From contig JAUQWS010000023.1 of NCBI GenBank assembly GCA_030835025.1, positions 150,458-214,457 on the forward strand: DNA of 64,000 nt. The letters are read 5' to 3'. The DNA comes from Ignavibacteria bacterium. GTDB lineage: Bacteria > Bacteroidota > Ignavibacteria > Tepidaquicellales > OLB5. Both the position numbers and the translations under genes were made by a program. Below are positions 55,781 through 62,635 of the stretch, in pieces. Numbering within the stretch: the first letter of the stretch is position 1; every line of letters begins with the position of its first letter. A model generated the notes under the pieces. It was not told where the DNA came from, searched no databases, and was given only the letters and a program-made list of their open reading frames with translations.

Positions 55781-56179
55781 TTACTTACCGGGAATTGGCA
55801 GCTCCGCTATATTCTCCTCTTTAAATGGAAATGCACTACTTTTAATGGCATCGGCCTTCATTTCCAATGGAAACGGGCTTAAAACTTTCGGATCTTCAGA
55901 GGGCAATAATTCATCTGAAAGAGATGTTAATTCGGAAAATTGCAGATTATCTGTATACTCAAAGTTGAGCTCAGATCCAGCCCGGATCAATTCTATGCTC
56001 TGATCACCATTAACATCAGTATACATCTGAAACCGGCCACTTTCGGCGGAACGACCGTTTTCACCTGTACTTTCTTCTTCATTCTCATTTGTTTCGTCCA
56101 TTTCTCTGTAGAATACAACCATAGTAATAAGAACAAGTACTACCAAAAAGAAGGAAAAATATTCTACTATTAAGGCCAT
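55781..56179 (-). CDS. hypothetical N-terminally anchored, acidic protein
   Basis: 132 aa with an N-terminal TM (FSFFLVVLVLITMVVF) followed by an acidic region. Confidence 0.45.
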   Translation of the reverse strand: MALIVEYFSFFLVVLVLITMVVFYREMDETNENEEESTGENGRSAESGRFQMYTDVNGDQSIELIRAGSELNFEYTDNLQFSELTSLSDELLPSEDPKVLSPFPLEMKADAIKSSAFPFKEENIAELPIPGK

Positions 56180-56412
56180 CTGGTTTGCCCGGGCAACTTA
56201 AAATTTTTTTCTGATTCTATCTTGCGCAAACTGTTATACTCCTTAGATTTTTCAAATTCTCTTTCAATATCTGGGTATGTCCTGAACTGTGCACCCTGAT
56301 TGACAGCAATTCTTTCCTGAATTAATCCTGAGTTATTTTTGACTAAGATTAAGATCATTAAAAAAAGAATTTTAAGTAGAAGTTCATCATATTGTTTTTC
56401 GTCCTGTAACAA
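56170..56412 (-). CDS. hypothetical small membrane protein (weak call)
   Basis: 80-aa ORF with a TTG start and one TM (LLLKILFLMILILV). It overlaps the 3' end of the lmo0937-family gene by 26 nt, so the true start is uncertain. Confidence 0.3.
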   Translation of the reverse strand: MLQDEKQYDELLLKILFLMILILVKNNSGLIQERIAVNQGAQFRTYPDIEREFEKSKEYNSLRKIESEKNFKLPGQTRWP

Positions 56413-56536
56413 GATTATATATGAGTATTATCACTGCAACAACTAATAGTATATGAATGAAACCACCTAAAGAATAAGAACTTACAAGTCCCACCAGCCA
56501 AAGTACTAAAAGTATTACAAATATTGTCCACAGCAT
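56387..56536 (-). CDS. lmo0937-family small membrane protein (49 aa)
   Basis: My translation reads MLWTIFVILLVLWLVGLVSSYSLGGFIHILLVVAVIILIYNLVTGRKTI. The ATG is preceded by AAGGAGA. It is absent from the ORF track. Confidence 0.75.
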   Translation of the reverse strand: MLWTIFVILLVLWLVGLVSSYSLGGFIHILLVVAVIILIYNLVTGRKTI

Positions 56537-56576
56537 GATTTATCTCCTTATTGGATTAAATTATTGAAAAAACTCT

Positions 56577-56726
56577 TTAAACGGTTCTTTTACCGGGTAA
56601 GAACCTGAAAATAAGTACTACTACTGCAAAGATCAGCAAAAGATGGACCAACCCGCCCATTGTGTATGAAGTAAATACTCCGAGCAACCAAAGAGCAATA
56701 AGGATCACAAAAATTGTCGCAAGCAT
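56577..56726 (-). CDS. lmo0937-family small membrane protein (49 aa)
   Basis: My translation reads MLATIFVILIALWLLGVFTSYTMGGLVHLLLIFAVVVLIFRFLPGKRTV. It is in tandem with 56387-56536 and absent from the ORF track. Confidence 0.7.
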   Translation of the reverse strand: MLATIFVILIALWLLGVFTSYTMGGLVHLLLIFAVVVLIFRFLPGKRTV

Positions 56727-56985
56727 GATTTGTTCTTTCTAAAATATTAAGTTAAAACATTTGCAGTTAAATTAGAATTGCAGAGATAAATTTGTATGTA
56801 TCTGGGCATCTTCATATGTGAAACAAAATCTTACCTCTGCAATTACTAATGTGACGTCTAATGCTGACGTTGAAGCAGCATTATGGAGGAGAAAAACCAA
56901 AACTTTTGCTCTATAAATCTCGATTATTCATACGATAACACTTTTTAGATCTTAGTTTGAAGTGCCCATTCCTTTATTGCCGGGT

Positions 56986-57522
56986 CTAATTAATCCCGTA
57001 ATTCATTTGCTTTCCTTCTGCATATTCTGAAATCAGATTTTTCAGAGTTCGACGTGCCCTGAATAGTCTGCTTTTGACAGTACCAACCGGGCAGTTCAGG
57101 AACTTGGAAATATCTTCAATACTGTAATCTTCAAGATGGAAAAGTATGATCACCATCCGGTATTCATCTTTGATAGAGTTTATAGCCACTAAGAATTCAT
57201 CGCTCATAAGAGTATCCTTATCTGAAGAAGTGAACCAGGATAGTGTATCCGGCTTTTCGTAATTTGAAAGCAGCTGCGGCGCTTTTTGTTTCTTTGCCGC
57301 ATAATTTATAAAAAGGTTCTTCAGTATCCGGTACATCCAGGCTTTGGGGTTTGTATTTTTTTCATACGTATGGTAGAATCGGTACGCCCTGATGTACGCT
57401 TCCTGCACCAAATCTTTTGCATCATCTTCATCCCTGGTAAGATTAGCTGCAACTTTCACGAAGTATTTATAATGCGGGATCATTTCTCTTTCAAAATCCC
57501 CTGTGCGGTTATAATCTTCCAT
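56986..57522 (-). CDS. ECF-type RNA polymerase sigma factor, copy B (paralog of 43303-43794)
   Basis: 178 aa. Region 2 is DAKDLVQEAYIRAYRF...KAWMYRILKNLFINY. Region 4 is IEDISKFLNCPVGTVKSRLFRARRTL. Confidence 0.85.
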   Translation of the reverse strand: MEDYNRTGDFEREMIPHYKYFVKVAANLTRDEDDAKDLVQEAYIRAYRFYHTYEKNTNPKAWMYRILKNLFINYAAKKQKAPQLLSNYEKPDTLSWFTSSDKDTLMSDEFLVAINSIKDEYRMVIILFHLEDYSIEDISKFLNCPVGTVKSRLFRARRTLKNLISEYAEGKQMNYGIN

Positions 57523-57565
57523 ATTTCAGTTCAGTATTTTTAGTAATTTTTTGTTTCTGTTCATT

Positions 57566-57949
57566 TTAAGTGATCTTGTTTTGAACATTCTCCGTATTTT
57601 CTGACTCCGGACTTCTTTTGTCCAAGTCTGATCTTCTTTCGCTGTATGCCCTGAAACCGGATTTAAGAGCGGCTTTTACATTATCTGCTTTGCGGGTTAT
57701 CTTATCCATACCCGTATTCAAAAATTCATTGGCGCTATCCAGAGTACTTTCAGCAGCATCTTTAGCTCCATTCCATGATTCAGAAGTCAGTTTCTTACCT
57801 TCTTCGATCAGTTCACCTGTTTTCCTTCCAATATCTTTTCTGAGATTCTTTCCTGCCTTAGGTGCATATAATAAGGCCAATGCACCTCCAATAACTCCGC
57901 CGAGCAGAAAACTTAAGAATATTCCTTTTTTACTTTTCTCGCGTATCAT
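57566..57949 (-). CDS. YtxH-domain protein, copy B
   Basis: 127 aa. It has KGIFLSFLLGGVIGGALALLYAPKAGKNLRKDI. Confidence 0.8.
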   Translation of the reverse strand: MIREKSKKGIFLSFLLGGVIGGALALLYAPKAGKNLRKDIGRKTGELIEEGKKLTSESWNGAKDAAESTLDSANEFLNTGMDKITRKADNVKAALKSGFRAYSERRSDLDKRSPESENTENVQNKIT

Positions 57950-58004
57950 ATCATTATTATCCTTAATATTTTGATGTTAATAAAAATTGTTAATTTCCTG
58001 CTTC

Positions 58005-59723
58005 TTATTTAACCAGAATCATCTTCTTGTTAGAAACAAATGATCCGGATTCCATTCTATAAAAATATGCGCCGCTTGGATATGCCTCTGCATTCCAGGT
58101 TACTTCATAATTTCCTGCACTCTGGTACTGGTTAATCAAAACACTTACATTCTGTCCAAGTGCGTCATATATGCCAATCTTTACATTACCTGCAGAAGGA
58201 AGCTGGTAATTAATTACAGTTACTGGGTTAAACGGATTAGGATAGTTCTGGGAAAGTGTGAATTCAAATGGACTATTAGTTCCGTTACTGCCGATTGCTA
58301 TTACGCCAGTTGTATTGAACCCTACCTCGTAAATATCAAAATTATTACCGCTGCGATAATCCTGCCATACAACTATCGCTCCTAGATTACCGTTACTGAC
58401 GATTGATGGCCTAATCTGGTCATTGGCAACGGAACATATAACGTAACCCGTAGCCGCCCAGTTTATTGCCGCATTTGATGCGATTCTCTGCGCATAAACA
58501 TCAGAATTCCCTGAATTACGATGGTCCTCCCATGTAATATATGCTCCGCTGTTTCCATCACTGACAAGCTGGGAACTTATCTGGTCACCTGAAGCTGTGC
58601 AAATGATAACACCAGTTGCTGTCCACTGAACTGCTCCCGTTGAGTTTACACGCTGTGCATATATATCGGCAGTTGTGCCTGTTCTATAATCTGTCCATGA
58701 AAGGATTGCTCCGCCCATTCCATCACTAACTATCTTTGGATCTGTTTGTGCATATGCAACATTATTATTCATCACAACTCCATCAACAGCCCAAACTATT
58801 GCGCCGCTGGGACCCTGTCTTTGGGCATAAATGTTAAAATCTGTTGAGCTTCTATAATCACTCCACGCAATGATCACTCCGCCTGCTCCGTCACTTGAGA
58901 TATCAGGTTTTAGCTGGTCTGTTCCCATGGTACAAGTTGCTACTCCGTTTGTTGTCCATTGTACGGCTCCTGCTCCACCTACTCTTTGAGTGTAAATATC
59001 ATAGCTGCCTGAGCGGTTATCGTACCAGGTTATAAATGCTCCTCCGCTGCCATCGCTTACAAGTCTGGGGCCTCTTTGTGATGCAGCCTGGTTGCATATA
59101 TTTACCCCGTTTGCGGTCCACAACATTGCTCCTGAAGGATTTATACGCTGTGCGTAAATATCCGGTAACCCGCTGTTGCTGCGGTAATCCTGCCACGTAA
59201 GAATTGCACCGCCAAGCCCGTCACTGATCATAGTTATTGTGTCCTGTTCAAAGACAACAACACATACTGGAACGCCATTCAGTGTCCACTGCACATTGCC
59301 GCTTGAATTAACCCGCTGGGCAAAGATATCTGCCGTAGCGCTTCCTCGGTATGACTGCCATGAGATTATTGCACCACCACTGCCATCACTGACAATCATG
59401 GGAGTGTAATTGCTATCCTGTGTGCAGATGGGTATTCCATCTGTACTCCATACAGCGTTTCCGTCTGAGTTCATTCTTTGTGCATATATCTCGAATTTAC
59501 CGCTTCGCTTATCCTGCCATGAAATAATTACACCGCCGCTGCCGTCTGTAGCAGCCACAGAATTAATCTGGTTATTAACTGCAGTACTGACAGGATTTCC
59601 TGTCGACTGTGAATTAGTTGCAACCGGCATTATTAAGACAAATGCAAATACCAATGCAAATGAACGAAACAGGCGCCATAATAAAGCTGCTGGGTCTGTA
59701 AAAATTGATTTCATAATTCTCAC
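58005..59723 (-). CDS. T9SS-sorted secreted protein built from eight ~53-aa tandem repeats (probable beta-propeller)
   Basis: 572 aa with a signal peptide. It has 8 units of SDGSGGAIISWQDYRSG..DIYAQRVNSSGAVQWT.NGV.IC. The C-terminal domain reads NYPNPFNPVTVINYQL...GAYFYRM...KKMILVK. Confidence 0.75.
   Translation of the reverse strand: MRIMKSIFTDPAALLWRLFRSFALVFAFVLIMPVATNSQSTGNPVSTAVNNQINSVAATDGSGGVIISWQDKRSGKFEIYAQRMNSDGNAVWSTDGIPICTQDSNYTPMIVSDGSGGAIISWQSYRGSATADIFAQRVNSSGNVQWTLNGVPVCVVVFEQDTITMISDGLGGAILTWQDYRSNSGLPDIYAQRINPSGAMLWTANGVNICNQAASQRGPRLVSDGSGGAFITWYDNRSGSYDIYTQRVGGAGAVQWTTNGVATCTMGTDQLKPDISSDGAGGVIIAWSDYRSSTDFNIYAQRQGPSGAIVWAVDGVVMNNNVAYAQTDPKIVSDGMGGAILSWTDYRTGTTADIYAQRVNSTGAVQWTATGVIICTASGDQISSQLVSDGNSGAYITWEDHRNSGNSDVYAQRIASNAAINWAATGYVICSVANDQIRPSIVSNGNLGAIVVWQDYRSGNNFDIYEVGFNTTGVIAIGSNGTNSPFEFTLSQNYPNPFNPVTVINYQLPSAGNVKIGIYDALGQNVSVLINQYQSAGNYEVTWNAEAYPSGAYFYRMESGSFVSNKKMILVK
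58314..59555 (-). repeat. eight in-frame ~159-nt coding repeats
   Basis: The repeat boundaries are read from the protein. Each unit starts with S(D/N)G.(G/S)GA and contains W.D.R and (I/V)Y(A/T)QR. Confidence 0.75.
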
Positions 59724-59782
59724 CTTTTAGTATAAATTTTTTGTTTTTATTAACTCAAACTACGTATTGATCCGTTATTTTT

Positions 59783-59824
59783 CAATTGTACAAAAGGATG
59801 AAAAAGGAACTACATCTTTTGGAT
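59783..59824 (-). promoter_or_regulatory. conserved upstream element, copy C (heads the unit that contains ECF sigma B)
   Basis: The reverse strand reads ATCCaaaagaTGTAGTTCCTTTTTCATCCTTTTGTACAATTG, 60 nt upstream of the 59723 start. Confidence 0.55.
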
Positions 59825-59857
59825 TAGTGAAAAATTGTATTTTATCATACAGCTATT

Positions 59858-59888
59858 TAAAGAGTTATCCCGTTTTTGGCGGGATAAC
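59858..59888 (-). terminator. hairpin terminator of the 59925-60734 gene
   Basis: The reverse strand reads GTTATCCCG-CCAAAAA-CGGGATAAC followed by TCTTTAAA (weak T-run). Confidence 0.5.
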
Positions 59889-59924
59889 ACGAATTGAGTA
59901 CAGAAACTCTTGATTCTACTATCT

Positions 59925-60734
59925 TTAATCTACATTAATTACAACATTGGTTGAAGGCTGGCCAAAGAACGTACCATCTTTAACTAACTGGCACTGCAGG
60001 TTATATACACCTGACTTTTTCGGTGCGGTAACCTTAAAGCTGAAATTGACTTCAGAACCTGAGTAAACATCATCCGATAATTCAACATTAGCTACTTCCC
60101 ATGCATTATATGTATTATCAGCACCTTTTGTTGATACTTTGAGTTTATATTCTCCCGGCTTCCATGTTGTAGATCCGGTGTTTCTCATTGTGACATTGAC
60201 ATCATAAGTTAAGCCGGTCTCCATTTCAGAGGTTACTTTTTGCGTTACGAAAAACGCATTGTTTTCAATAAAATTCGGGACTTCTATAACAGGCTCCGTT
60301 CCTGAGACTCTGACCGGTACATTCATTGTAGGTTCACCAAAGAAAGCATTGCCGCTTGCCATCTGCCACTGTATGTTGTAGCTTCCGTCAACCGGTGCTA
60401 CGATCGTAAAGTTAAATACAACTTCGCTGCCAGGACTAACAGTTGAGTTCACATCTACACTGCCGATTGACCATGTTTTGTAAACTAATTCCGATGGATT
60501 TATCAGCTTGAGGCTGTAGGTACCCTGTTTCCAAACACTGCGTCCCGTATTCTTCATTGTAACCGATACTCCGTAACTTTGCCCGGGGAGCATGAATCCG
60601 GGTGTTGATTGTGATAAGTATGCTGCATTATCATAGTAGTCAGTTATCCCGACACCTTTTGATTGTGCGGTAAGACTGCCTACTATCAAAACACTTAATG
60701 TAAGTGCGATTGCTATCGACTTAATTTTTTTCAT
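59925..60734 (-). CDS. secreted protein with two NBR1-type Ig-like (FW) domains
   Basis: 269 aa with a signal peptide. Two units have the pattern V(T/N)M(K/R)NTG...W(K).G.Y.LK........W....V.....V.(P/S)GSEV.F.F...AP...G.YN.Q.Q......FG.P. Confidence 0.5.
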   Translation of the reverse strand: MKKIKSIAIALTLSVLIVGSLTAQSKGVGITDYYDNAAYLSQSTPGFMLPGQSYGVSVTMKNTGRSVWKQGTYSLKLINPSELVYKTWSIGSVDVNSTVSPGSEVVFNFTIVAPVDGSYNIQWQMASGNAFFGEPTMNVPVRVSGTEPVIEVPNFIENNAFFVTQKVTSEMETGLTYDVNVTMRNTGSTTWKPGEYKLKVSTKGADNTYNAWEVANVELSDDVYSGSEVNFSFKVTAPKKSGVYNLQCQLVKDGTFFGQPSTNVVINVD

Positions 60735-60793
60735 TTTAAACTTTCTTTAAATTATTGTTAACAGACTAAACTACACAGAGATTGTGTACCATG

Positions 60794-60835
60794 CAATCGC
60801 ACTACAGGATGAAATAAGAACTACACCCAACGGCT
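60794..60835 (-). promoter_or_regulatory. conserved upstream element, copy D
   Basis: The reverse strand reads AGCCGttgggTGTAGTTCTTATTTCATCCTGTAGTGCGATTG, 60 nt upstream of the 60734 start. Extra TGTAGT-like words flank it. Confidence 0.55.
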
Positions 60836-60851
60836 ACAATGCAGAGTTAAT

Positions 60852-60926
60852 TCAAGAGCCTGCGATCAGAATGAGCGCGGCAAAAATGTAAATAATGGTC
60901 AGACCAAATACTATAAAGTTCTTCAT
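60852..60926 (-). CDS. possible 24-aa hydrophobic micro-peptide
   Basis: My translation reads MKNFIVFGLTIIYIFAALILIAGS. There is no convincing RBS, so this is very tentative. Confidence 0.2.
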   Translation of the reverse strand: MKNFIVFGLTIIYIFAALILIAGS

Positions 60927-61030
60927 AACAACTTCTATATATAATTCGTTTACTTAACAGCCTTATATCTACAGCAATTACTTACTGTTTATTCATTGAG
61001 CTGATTTTAAATTCTATGACGGAAAATAGT

Positions 61031-61213
61031 TCAAACCATCATGTTTGACATGTAAGTCCACAACCCAAATATCTTGAACAGCCAGACCAGAACAAAAATG
61101 ACGACAATTGCGTTCACAATTTTCTTGATCGTGGGCTGCATAGGGATGTAATTGATCAGCCATAAAACAAAACCAACAACTACTAAGGTGATTACTATTG
61201 TTAATACAGACAC
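61031..61213 (-). CDS. small two-TM membrane protein (Thivi_2564-like)
   Basis: 60 aa: (M)SVLTIVITLVVVGFVLWLINYIPMQPTIKKIVNAIVVIFVLVWLFKIFGLW. GTG start preceded by GGAG. The family name is from memory. Confidence 0.5.
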   Translation of the reverse strand: MSVLTIVITLVVVGFVLWLINYIPMQPTIKKIVNAIVVIFVLVWLFKIFGLWTYMSNMMV

Positions 61214-61304
61214 GTTGACTCCTGTTTTCTATTATAATACTTCAAATCATTTATACACTATTAAAGCTCAGGTGATTCTTTCCCGCCTGCGTTCTTCAAT
61301 CCTG

Positions 61305-61850
61305 TTATAAGATCGCCAGAACCAGTACTATTATGAGAAGTACAAGAACTATTGTAATAAGTACACCCGTATCAAGCCCGAGTACATTTTCAGCGTACAG
61401 CACATTATATTCATTCTTCTGCTGCTTCGTGTCAAATAATTTGTCATTAATTACAAACATATCCGGAGAGCTGTCGCCGTTCTTATCGGCAAAGAAAACA
61501 GGATAAGGCAGAGCTATTTCGATAAGTGATGTGGAATTGTACTTGTCGTATTTCATATTCTCGGCAGTAAAATATGGCTTTTCAAGTGTACCTGTATTTT
61601 TGTAATATTCTACATTACCATTATTGAATATCAGGATATCAAAATCGCCGTCTTTATCAACATCAACAATAGCCGGATTTTTAAGCCCGAGATTGTTTTC
61701 AACATAGGCGTCTGCAAGCTTTTTGATTTCTTCATTCGTAAAAACTTTATGTGATGTTACGGGATCCTCGTTGGATAACAATCTGTAACCCGGTGCCAGC
61801 AAAAACAAAAACATAGTGAAAATGAATATTGAAGTTTTCATGTTTTTCAT
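61305..61850 (-). CDS. FG-GAP/VCBS-repeat protein with a signal peptide and a C-terminal TM anchor
   Basis: 181 aa. It has VDVDKDGDFDILIFNNGNVEYYKNTG and FFADKNGDSSPDMFVIN Ca-binding-type FG-GAP motifs. The C-terminus is GVLITIVLVLLIIVLVLAIL. Confidence 0.6.
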   Translation of the reverse strand: MKNMKTSIFIFTMFLFLLAPGYRLLSNEDPVTSHKVFTNEEIKKLADAYVENNLGLKNPAIVDVDKDGDFDILIFNNGNVEYYKNTGTLEKPYFTAENMKYDKYNSTSLIEIALPYPVFFADKNGDSSPDMFVINDKLFDTKQQKNEYNVLYAENVLGLDTGVLITIVLVLLIIVLVLAIL

Positions 61851-61900
61851 TATTTGATTAAGAATTAATGAACAAAGTTACGTCTGATGCTGCAACATTA

Positions 61901-61944
61901 CAATTAAACAAAGGATTGAAAAAGGGACTAATTCTCTTTTCAAT
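61901..61944 (-). promoter_or_regulatory. conserved upstream element, copy E (variant ATTAGT, CAATCC)
   Basis: The reverse strand reads ATTGaaaagagaATTAGTCCCTTTTTCAATCCTTTGTTTAATTG, 51 nt upstream of the 61850 start. It lies between divergent genes. Confidence 0.5.
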
Positions 61945-61991
61945 CCAACGGACTATACTGTTTTAATCAATACTTCCCGAATTTTGTACAT

Positions 61992-62588
61992 ATGAAAAAA
62001 CCAAATCAAATGAAAAAGAAAATATATGTACCGGCATTTCTTGCAGTATTATTTGCTGCAATGGTTTTTACGGGAAGTATCGGGTTCACTGAAAAACCTG
62101 AGAGTCCCTATTTTAAATATGTAGGAATAAAAAGCTGCGCTGCAACATGTCATAAAGGTGATACAAAGGGAAACCAGCTTGAAATATGGCAGGACTCCAA
62201 ACACTCAAAGGCATTTATAACCTTGCAGACACCGGAAGCTGACAAAATTGCCAAAGATAAAGGGTTTGATACTCCGGCATCAGAGACACCACTGTGCATA
62301 AAATGCCACGTTTTGGGCAAGGATATCGATCCTGAAGAGCTTGAAGATACGTTCGATAAGACACAGGGAGTGCAGTGCGAAACTTGTCACGGCCCCGGCT
62401 CGGAATATAAAAGGATCACTATTATGAAAGATAAACAGCAGGCAATTGCAAACGGTTTGATTGTTCATGAAGATGGTGCCGTTTTCTGCAAGACCTGTCA
62501 TAACTCTGATAGCCCAACATTTAAAAGCTTTGATTATGACGAGTACTGGGCAAAGATAAAACATTCAGATCCAAGTGTTTCAAAATAG
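61992..62588 (+). CDS. tetraheme c-type cytochrome (cytochrome c554-like multiheme family)
   Basis: 198 aa with an N-terminal signal/anchor. It has four CxxCH motifs: CAATCH, CIKCH, CETCHGPGSEY and CKTCH. Confidence 0.8.
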   Translation: MKKPNQMKKKIYVPAFLAVLFAAMVFTGSIGFTEKPESPYFKYVGIKSCAATCHKGDTKGNQLEIWQDSKHSKAFITLQTPEADKIAKDKGFDTPASETPLCIKCHVLGKDIDPEELEDTFDKTQGVQCETCHGPGSEYKRITIMKDKQQAIANGLIVHEDGAVFCKTCHNSDSPTFKSFDYDEYWAKIKHSDPSVSK

Positions 62589-62635
62589 AAATAAACAAAA
62601 ATTAATAACTAAGTTTTTAAGTAAGGAATAATATC

